Shown piece after piece: positions 57,201 through 64,000 of a stretch of 64,000 bases of DNA. Source of the DNA: a virus; IMG/VR virus record IMGVR_UViG_3300005573_000001. One strand, written 5' to 3'. The stretch's first letter is position 1, and every line of letters begins with the position of its first letter. The notes below the pieces were generated by a model. That model was given only the letters and a program-made list of their open reading frames with translations. It searched no databases and was not told the DNA's origin. Position numbers and translations under genes: made by a program.

Positions 57201-60200
57201 ACTAACGACAAAACAAAGAGTAGCGACCCAAACTATAATACATACTTTATGGATGCAGAGGCGCTATCAGTAGACGTAACGCTCGAAAACGTATTCGCCA
57301 CACAGCAACTCCAAGAAATGCCATCGCCAACGATACAATACTTAGGCAGTCAAGACGGCTATATCAATATAGTCTATCAGACCAACAATATGAACGATGT
57401 CAAGGCGCTTCAAAGGTTATTTTCGACATCACAGCGTATAGCTCGGGACTACAGAATCGCAATTAGTTCAGCCTTCTTAGGCATCGAGAATAGCTTTATC
57501 AACATGATGGGCATAAACCATTGTCTAGTTGATAGGTTCGAGGTGTCAACGATAGCCGGATTTCCTGGCAGCTACAGCATTGCCCTTGCACTCGTCGCAT
57601 TCGACAAATCACAGAGGCGGCGCGAAGAACTTGCGAATATGCCGCTTGCGCCGGATATGGACGAAGATACCACTGTAATGGACTATAAGCTGCAGACTTC
57701 CACAGCAAAGAAGGAAATGTTGCAGAGGATGCAGGCATATAACCTTAAACCTAATAGCTCAAGCGACGACGTAATAAAGAGGATGCCGTTCCTAGGACTA
57801 TTTAGCTTCGTGTCACAGAATGACGACAAACTTAAGAGCGCTATATTCCAGTATAAGCTGCAGACGCAGGAAGTCTACCCAGACCTGGAGCTGCCGACGT
57901 GGGAGGAATTCGCATGCGCCATTCCATACTTGAACTGCGGAATAAAGAGTATAGAGGAGTATAATGATAAACTACAGACGTTTACGGAAGCACCTATAGC
58001 GCAGGCGCGCGGCAAATACGTCGACCCCGACTTCTACATTAAGTGTGACATCACATTCAGTATGGAGACGATAGGGGAGATGTTCGATAATAATACAAAG
58101 GCTATGTTGCTCAAGGATACCTATGGAGCTAGAGCAGCCGACATTGCGCCTGCAGTCAGCATAACTAACGCATTAGGACGTAGCGATGCGTCCGACGAGA
58201 TGCAAGTCCCATATGTATCCTTCAACGATCAGTTCGCATATATGGATTCTGTACAACGTGACGTAGCCGGCCAAATTCAAGCTATAGAAGAACAGAACAG
58301 GAAGGAAGCTTACAATATAGAGCCCGCATCGACCGTAACGGTAGCTATGTGGGCCAACATAGAGCAAGGTGGGTGTGAGTTTAATATGATAGACCCGACA
58401 CCCGACCAAAAGAATTCTGGAGATGAGACATACAGCGAAGACCTATCTATTAGGCCAGAAGGCGATGGCGGAATCCTGAAGCGCATGTTCTCCGACTCCA
58501 ACTTCAATGGCTTCACTAAGGAACCTGGCTTTAACAAGATATACGACAAGCTTCTCGACAGCGAGGTTAACGAGTTATACGCAAAGATACTTGAGGCCGA
58601 GGTTGACAAAACGGTCATTAAGGAACCTACAGACGACGAAGTGGACATCTTTATAGAGGGCATGGCGGCACAACTGTTCCGTACGGTATCCATAGTAGAA
58701 GACGACGGCAACTTAAGCCAGGTCGCTCTTACGCCTAGTACGTGGAAATTTAATCACACGGAATACACACTAAGAACTGGCAACGACGTAGCAAGCGGGT
58801 TCATCATAGAAAGTGCATCTGCTGCTAAAGGAAAGAACAGCTGGACATATGGACAAAGGACCGTTTCGGCACCCCAAATAACCGTACGTAAGGTAATCAA
58901 TGCGTTCAAGGCTATCCTAGATATTGGAAGTCAATGGGATCAATTCATGCAAAACCCCTACCTCGTGCGTAATCAGAAAACACATGTACCCAGAGTAAAA
59001 CTTTACGACGCAGAACACATCGTCACCTACGATGATGGTAGTATCAAAATAGGTATGGCCCAAGTCTGCACTAACTGGGACGTAATCGAAGACGAAGAGG
59101 ACATCGCCAGGCTGGCATGGGACTGGCAATTTAACGTATTCTGCGGATTCAAGAGGTTCATACAACTATTATACAAGAATGCTACTCATGGTAACCATTC
59201 GCATGAAGCATATGCTTGGCCGCTCGATTACGCTATGGCTCAGTACTGGGATATTGACAACGACCTGAATAGTAACATGTACATTCAGACACGCAACAAG
59301 ATGATTAGTAAGTATGGACAAAGGCGTGCTGCTATGGCCAACTTCAGCCATCTAGTTACACAGGGCGTTGCGCACCAAGTACAGGAAGAGTTAGCCATTA
59401 AGCTATATGAACACAACGGCGTAATAGGACAAAGTACAGTACATAATGGCATCTTACTACCCGAACTAAAGTATGCAGACAACTACGTCGGACGGTACAA
59501 CGAGGAAATAAACCTATCTGGAAGCGAATACAATGTAGACATCCAAGAGTGGAGTAAGTTACACGAGGCACTAATAATGGACCGTGCACAAATTGGTGCG
59601 CACATATTACCGCGACTCCCTGTCTTAGAAGTTGGATTCTCTACTAACACAAGCTCCCCCGAACACCTGTCTGTCCCATATATTAGCGCGTTTGCAAGGA
59701 TTGCAGTATTTCAGGCACTAAGCGACTACATCCATAAGGATACTAAGAGAGTAGAGGCAATACAAAATCTAACTAGTGCAATCAATAGCGTACATAGCCT
59801 TATTAGTGTAAGTGAAATTCCGCCCACCGAGAAGGAAAAGAGTATAAAAAAGGTAAGAGATGCTATATTAAACTTGTATAAAACCGATCCAACACTCTTT
59901 GCGTTGTTCATGTACGAGAGCGAAGCATTGCGCGGAGACTGGATTGTGCGCACAGGGAGCGGAGCAACCACAAGTTATATTACAGTACCAATGAGAAGGG
60001 CCGAAGACGGGACCTACAAGACAATATATATCCGGTATGGTATCAATATAAATCCAACTGTCTCACCGAACATGACAATTCCAGCAACGTATATGGGACA
60101 AGAAAATGTAGTAGAGAGCGACTTGGGACCCATAGACATATCGGCATGCAATTATAAGCCAGAGGACGACCAAGTAGTCTTTAAGTGCAGTGTCGACAGC

Positions 60201-63074
60201 GTAAAGTTGATTAAAATTTTCAGCGATGCTGGTCTCGACATAAACGAGCCTCGTAAGACGTATGACTACGAGGAGACTGAGTTTTTACAAAAGCTACGTA
60301 ATGTCACCGGTATCACGAAGTGTTTTAAAGTAGAGATAGTTAAGGAAAAGGATATAGCCAACGAAGAGTATAAGCAGGCATCTAACACGGTATTGACTCA
60401 AAGCATGAGCGTTGCGCACTTTGTGCCGTCAGACGTATTCAGTGACACAGAGTCTTACCAGCGTACCTTTACAGACATGTTCTCGTATGACCATCGGGGC
60501 AGATTACTGCGTGCCTTCCCGACGTTCCAGATGTTCTTAATAGATGAAGGACGATGGGCTATTAACACAAAGCTTTGGGACAACATGTATGGTTACCAGG
60601 CTATTACCAGCATAGACGTAGTCAGGGACAGACGCATGGCCGCAGACACAGCCGTAATACAAATGACAAACCTATACAGCAGTTTGTCAACCAAAGACAA
60701 TAGGTTCCGCGACCCAAGTTGGAGTTACGACCTGCTCAACATGTTCAAGAGCGGACAAACCTTAAAGGTTGTTACAGACTTTATAGGCATAACCACGGAT
60801 GAAATACTCCAAGTACGCCGGCAGCATATAGACAGTATGATGCTCAAACCAGGAGCCCGCATACACTTGCGTATAGGATATGGTTCCAACGCATGTAATC
60901 TTCCTATTGTCTTCAATGGGACCATATCAGAAGTAGACTTACAAGAGGTAGTTACGATAGTAGCACAGGGTGATGGCATAGAGCTATGCAACAAGATGGC
61001 GGGCATTGAGAACACCAACGACAAAGGTTTTATGACAGGTGCCGCTACAGTACGTGAAACGATATGTGAAATTATGACAAGCAGGGGCAGTTGGTTTAAG
61101 GACGCTATTAATCTGCTCACCCAGGGGTTAGTATGGCGCGGGCATCCATTTGGCATAGCACATTTCGGACAAGAGGGCAAGGTACCTGATGCTCTCCTGA
61201 TACCAAGGGTATTCCGTGGACCAAGCGATGACTTTGGCGAAGCCGGAGCCAACGTTTACTCAGCCAACGGAGACGACTGTTACAACAGATGGACTAGTGG
61301 TAGCAGAAAGGTACAGCTAGACAACACTCCAAGCTATATCACGTGGGGAATAAGGCAACTTGGCGGCGACCCCAACGCAAAAACTAGGGACAATAAAGAT
61401 TTAAAGATTAAGATATACAAGCGGGACAAAACCCCATGGGACGTATTTCAGACCTTAGCTGCGGCATGCCCTGATTTCATCTGCGCTGTAGAACCATTCG
61501 AGTTGCGCAGTACACTGTTCTTTGGCAGACCAAACTATGGCTTAGCATACAAGTATGGGTACCTATATGCCTTCAGTAGGGATATTCCGAGCGATCCCAA
61601 TAATGATAAGTCACCCCCTGCAGACCCAGAGTTACGTATGCTAGTTCCGGTAGTAGCGCACGAATACAGGAAGCCCTTTGTACAGTATCATATCTTTAAC
61701 AGTATGATGGATATAATTAATAATAAGATTAAGGCTACAGACATCGGTATGTATACTAACGTACGTGTGTCCTACGGAGGCGTCAGTAAGGATGCCGGCA
61801 CGTTGACGGAAACCATATCTCTGGATGACGACATATTTACGCAGCACCAGAAGACGGCGATTGTAGAGGTAGGTATTGCCAAGGACGACCTACTTGGAGA
61901 CTTAGCTATCAATTACTTTACGCAAGAACTGCATGCGACTAATGCCGGGGCATCGGCACTAGCTGATTTTTGTAAGAATATGTACGACGGCGAGCTGGTT
62001 GTAATGGGATACCCGAGTATAAAGCCCCACGATAAGATATACATCGACGACACGTATAACGAAATGCAGGGACTTGTCGGTGTCAAGCGCGTAATACACC
62101 ACTTCTCATTCGAAACTGGCTTCATTACAAGCATATGCCCCGACTGTATCGCTATCATAGACGACCCGATCGAATCCGCAAGAATCAACTATGTTACGGC
62201 TGCCATCAGTGGAATAGTAGGTGGATTTATCGCCAGAAGAGTTGGTATGTCGCTTATGAGCAGCTTGGTCGGTAAATTGTTTGGACGCGCCTTTATGCGC
62301 AGGCCAGACGAGGCAGCCGGCGAATACGGCGAAGGCATCTTCTGGAAACTATATTCAAAGGCAGGAACATGCGCGAAGGAAGAGGCACAGGAGCGCGTTA
62401 AAATTATACTTGATGCTGTGCGCAATGAAGCGGGAGAGTATAAGGGAATAAAGAAGAGCCGGTATAGCCTCAAGCGAGTAATTGAAGCTATGGAAAATAA
62501 CAAGGGCTACTTTATGGACGCAGACGCATATATGAAAACATACGAAGAAGCCCTGAAGGTTACAAAGGACGTTGAAAAGGCAAGCGCAATAGCGGAAGAG
62601 GCCAGCATAAGCAAATTCCTCAAGTTCTTCAGACAGGTCGATAAGATCGCTGACGTTGCACGGGAGGGCGGCACGATAGCAAGGCTTGGAGGCAAGATAC
62701 TCAAGACAGCTAAAGCAATTATTACGGCCATAGATGCCAGCACGCTTGTCGGCCTAATAGCCTCAATAGGCATCAGTATAGCATGTTCATATCTGACTGA
62801 GTTCTATAGGCGTTGGTTAAGATATAGGCAAGCCGTAATCTTATTCCCTGTCAAATTGCATGGTAAAGCCTTAACAGCTGGTATTAACGGACACATGGGG
62901 TGTGTTTATGGAGACCCGATGGGCGTCCTTGATAAAGTATTGTATAAAGACTTGGAAGGCCTCAATGACTTTGTCATCAACTTCCTCGGCGGCGGCGACG
63001 ATGTTGACGTTTCCGCAAGGTATAGAGTAACTAACCCAGAAGAATGGGTTAACACCAGGGAAACGCAGGGATAG
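54273..63074 (+). CDS. Giant baseplate/hub protein with an N-terminal thermonuclease (SNase) domain and a degenerate transglycosylase-like domain
   Basis: VVKVYDGDTF, VRLVGIDCAE and DTHGRLVG; hub-like IHLRIGYGSN..VFNGTISEV and IKPHD..VKRVIHHFSFETGFIT. Confidence 0.75.
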   Translation: MSNSDNVLSQAEFSSSAVKAFQKAHAQDNINYQFEMFPGGINPDPSGTNGVRITTPECLYGKVVKVYDGDTFDIELYAVSEGLQLWINGGLEDPFLYDTASNKHIYYTVRLVGIDCAELKSTSNSEEKNREYLYYLGIRDTTDTLSRMYDLAEEAKAATAKMVLNKMVVVWLENDVAAPHHVDTHGRLVGCVYVPLTKGNNGSSKDYPEWNQIGINVNTTLLATKTKIFEHENPDTRLAKISIYLDSSNNELVSRFPIAAWANLGMKPGEQQTDEVDTELNRMIDKWLEAISVSERGGVYIGSDGTLWGHKTEGDNIVCKEIIAGGKDGVTFGTRRFVQDDIWVNNLNPIPAAEDEAELSSKGYKLDLQDIPGINQYGYVDTRVRIGDTILTVPPLAIRVRNVTQSTKVNTLRNNSSMQTQSGYVNTVVEMELFFHDLESINGIEIPNPFQNADFTFKDGVPPILTERWKNPYAINGLRSLIAQFKKAPFLPIYCEYLEDAHEIGAVALESINVSTVPGFPNCLMATLVMTAFDWNTYLIDCADFGDKFNWPIFRWYYQHCMQPSKNNKGYDTFTYLPAIGKDNTTSDKISFYIADEGVLAARLWAIKEMRNYISPLDFKEQSKDKTVALGQMQYDGITINSAIDQANRFKQWIAETTDTNRRGNAQVVPDFRCAGMSANDPPVHLPTTYGQVYHILTGGGKYPFNMMPPSINRDGNVVFEQFAGRLCVSTYLGCPVENFYDMFGNPINLYSYNTRPSPYQIFTGHYADYLKHLGKSACAEDVAKMLPEAVWAKYFTEMMEYVYGKNATDYYFVINGMLPTRLYDLTDTGIAMGYALDSVFNNIAFIKFVGMNKIQLLYDSANSKITETTRKNIDDNPYLLAQGGGMMYIPLYAEINSVIIEGSKYVFIDIPSNEESAGCVRVVAAIPLGDDVICAQLKRAAKYYDESIQGYSNFINYMNKFYESDESDLPMLLAVTNDKTKSSDPNYNTYFMDAEALSVDVTLENVFATQQLQEMPSPTIQYLGSQDGYINIVYQTNNMNDVKALQRLFSTSQRIARDYRIAISSAFLGIENSFINMMGINHCLVDRFEVSTIAGFPGSYSIALALVAFDKSQRRREELANMPLAPDMDEDTTVMDYKLQTSTAKKEMLQRMQAYNLKPNSSSDDVIKRMPFLGLFSFVSQNDDKLKSAIFQYKLQTQEVYPDLELPTWEEFACAIPYLNCGIKSIEEYNDKLQTFTEAPIAQARGKYVDPDFYIKCDITFSMETIGEMFDNNTKAMLLKDTYGARAADIAPAVSITNALGRSDASDEMQVPYVSFNDQFAYMDSVQRDVAGQIQAIEEQNRKEAYNIEPASTVTVAMWANIEQGGCEFNMIDPTPDQKNSGDETYSEDLSIRPEGDGGILKRMFSDSNFNGFTKEPGFNKIYDKLLDSEVNELYAKILEAEVDKTVIKEPTDDEVDIFIEGMAAQLFRTVSIVEDDGNLSQVALTPSTWKFNHTEYTLRTGNDVASGFIIESASAAKGKNSWTYGQRTVSAPQITVRKVINAFKAILDIGSQWDQFMQNPYLVRNQKTHVPRVKLYDAEHIVTYDDGSIKIGMAQVCTNWDVIEDEEDIARLAWDWQFNVFCGFKRFIQLLYKNATHGNHSHEAYAWPLDYAMAQYWDIDNDLNSNMYIQTRNKMISKYGQRRAAMANFSHLVTQGVAHQVQEELAIKLYEHNGVIGQSTVHNGILLPELKYADNYVGRYNEEINLSGSEYNVDIQEWSKLHEALIMDRAQIGAHILPRLPVLEVGFSTNTSSPEHLSVPYISAFARIAVFQALSDYIHKDTKRVEAIQNLTSAINSVHSLISVSEIPPTEKEKSIKKVRDAILNLYKTDPTLFALFMYESEALRGDWIVRTGSGATTSYITVPMRRAEDGTYKTIYIRYGININPTVSPNMTIPATYMGQENVVESDLGPIDISACNYKPEDDQVVFKCSVDSVKLIKIFSDAGLDINEPRKTYDYEETEFLQKLRNVTGITKCFKVEIVKEKDIANEEYKQASNTVLTQSMSVAHFVPSDVFSDTESYQRTFTDMFSYDHRGRLLRAFPTFQMFLIDEGRWAINTKLWDNMYGYQAITSIDVVRDRRMAADTAVIQMTNLYSSLSTKDNRFRDPSWSYDLLNMFKSGQTLKVVTDFIGITTDEILQVRRQHIDSMMLKPGARIHLRIGYGSNACNLPIVFNGTISEVDLQEVVTIVAQGDGIELCNKMAGIENTNDKGFMTGAATVRETICEIMTSRGSWFKDAINLLTQGLVWRGHPFGIAHFGQEGKVPDALLIPRVFRGPSDDFGEAGANVYSANGDDCYNRWTSGSRKVQLDNTPSYITWGIRQLGGDPNAKTRDNKDLKIKIYKRDKTPWDVFQTLAAACPDFICAVEPFELRSTLFFGRPNYGLAYKYGYLYAFSRDIPSDPNNDKSPPADPELRMLVPVVAHEYRKPFVQYHIFNSMMDIINNKIKATDIGMYTNVRVSYGGVSKDAGTLTETISLDDDIFTQHQKTAIVEVGIAKDDLLGDLAINYFTQELHATNAGASALADFCKNMYDGELVVMGYPSIKPHDKIYIDDTYNEMQGLVGVKRVIHHFSFETGFITSICPDCIAIIDDPIESARINYVTAAISGIVGGFIARRVGMSLMSSLVGKLFGRAFMRRPDEAAGEYGEGIFWKLYSKAGTCAKEEAQERVKIILDAVRNEAGEYKGIKKSRYSLKRVIEAMENNKGYFMDADAYMKTYEEALKVTKDVEKASAIAEEASISKFLKFFRQVDKIADVAREGGTIARLGGKILKTAKAIITAIDASTLVGLIASIGISIACSYLTEFYRRWLRYRQAVILFPVKLHGKALTAGINGHMGCVYGDPMGVLDKVLYKDLEGLNDFVINFLGGGDDVDVSARYRVTNPEEWVNTRETQG

Positions 63075-63087
63075 TAGGAGGACCTAT

Positions 63088-64000
63088 ATGTCAATAGAAG
63101 TAATGAAAGAATTCTGGGAGTATCTATATCCACGGGTAAATAGGGACATATATATTAATGGAGCACAAGGACATCAAGCGTCAGACGAGTATATTAGAAA
63201 GCATGAGGGCAGTGAAAATAACCATTACAACCGTACAGTAAAGTTGCTAAAAAAGCGCTTAAAGGCCGGCATCAAACAGGAGGATATTCATGCTTTCGAT
63301 TGTTCTGGTCTTGGCTGCAAATTCTTTCTAGAAAAGAAGCTTATCAAGAGAGACTCAACAGCCAGTACGCTATTCCACGGTTATTGTAAGGAAATAACCA
63401 AAGAAGATTTACTGGCTGGAGATATGGTATTCCGTAGGCATAAGGGTAGAGTACACCACGTTGGATACGTCACACCATACGGAGTAATAGAAAGCGCAGG
63501 ACACGACTCTGGCGTTATTGTAGGCCATAAGTGGTATTGGAATGTCTACGGTAGACCGAAGTTCTGGAAGGACGATATAGAAGCATATAATTGTAAGCCG
63601 CAGTATACTTATACGTCCATTCCTGGGTATACCCCCGCGACATCTAGTTCATCGGATAGTAGCACAGACAGCAGTAGCACAGACGACAGTAAAGACTATT
63701 CGTGGTGCAACAGCAACGTCAGTAACCTTCAGGTAAAACAAATAGCCCATATGATCTCGGGCGCTGAGGGTAAGGAAGGCTCTTGTCGCTGGGACGATGG
63801 TAACTGCCTGAGTGTAGGTATGTTACAGTGGCACGGCAATAGAGGCAGAGACCTCATCAAGGAAATAGAAGAGGAGGATTCGTCACAAACACAAGTTTTA
63901 GATAACGGGGGCGTTAGGAGTAGGTCTGAAAGTTGGTCCGACTACATCCCGCCAGCTGGTAGCCAAAGGGACGCTATCGAGTCCGTTATGAAGAGCGATG
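63088..64000 (+). CDS. NlpC/P60 peptidase with a Ser-rich linker and a probable lysozyme-like second domain (truncated by the window end)
   Basis: My own translation from the ATG at 63088 (SD AGGAGG): AFDCSGL, AGDMVF, HHVGY, then SVGMLQWHGNRG; no stop before 64000. Confidence 0.8.
   Translation, partial: MSIEVMKEFWEYLYPRVNRDIYINGAQGHQASDEYIRKHEGSENNHYNRTVKLLKKRLKAGIKQEDIHAFDCSGLGCKFFLEKKLIKRDSTASTLFHGYCKEITKEDLLAGDMVFRRHKGRVHHVGYVTPYGVIESAGHDSGVIVGHKWYWNVYGRPKFWKDDIEAYNCKPQYTYTSIPGYTPATSSSSDSSTDSSSTDDSKDYSWCNSNVSNLQVKQIAHMISGAEGKEGSCRWDDGNCLSVGMLQWHGNRGRDLIKEIEEEDSSQTQVLDNGGVRSRSESWSDYIPPAGSQRDAIESVMKSD

Noticed and set aside
13562-63133. Numerous minus-strand ORFs of 60-260 aa in the ORF track
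   Set aside because: They are antisense shadows of well-supported plus-strand structural genes, with no SDs or motifs
1-64000. tRNA or rRNA genes, integrase, transposase
   Set aside because: No cloverleaf/T-loop signatures or recombinase motifs seen by eye; tRNAscan-SE would be needed to exclude tRNAs formally
1-64000. Stop-codon reassignment
   Set aside because: Very long ORFs are intact under the standard code, and genes end in TAA, TAG and TGA followed by SD-led starts

Overview
The window is part of a large tailed (contractile-tail, myovirus-like) bacteriophage genome. The host is probably a Firmicute, inferred from strong AGGAGG Shine-Dalgarno (SD) sites, sigmaA-type promoters and peptidoglycan-binding/NlpC-P60 tail proteins. 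1-1.6 kb is mostly non-coding: a 21-bp tandem repeat, back-to-back promoters, a long rod-shaped inverted repeat, an AT-rich palindrome and three GAA/UUCG hairpins. 0.3-9.9 kb is a leftward accessory block (SpoVG-like protein, RNase H, DUF4326-SLOG fusion, KilA-C antirepressor, hypotheticals); five of its genes are preceded by the same covarying RNA pseudoknot directly against the SD. 10-13 kb is a rightward block of small genes under sigmaA promoters. 13-64 kb is the virion morphogenesis module: intein-containing terminase, metallophosphoesterase, portal-MuF fusion, protease/scaffold, major capsid, head-tail joining proteins, two sheath paralogs, four tube-like paralogs (one with an intein), duplicated tail chaperones and three giant proteins. 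The top finding is the 2405-aa ORF at 47043-54260, which lies between the tape measure and baseplate genes. It carries an N-terminal DEDDh exonuclease followed by the ordered beta and beta' catalytic motifs of a two-barrel RNA polymerase (R-x-P...ADNDGD), making it a candidate virion-delivered, single-chain RNA polymerase-exonuclease fusion. All assignments come from reading motifs by eye; no database searches were run.
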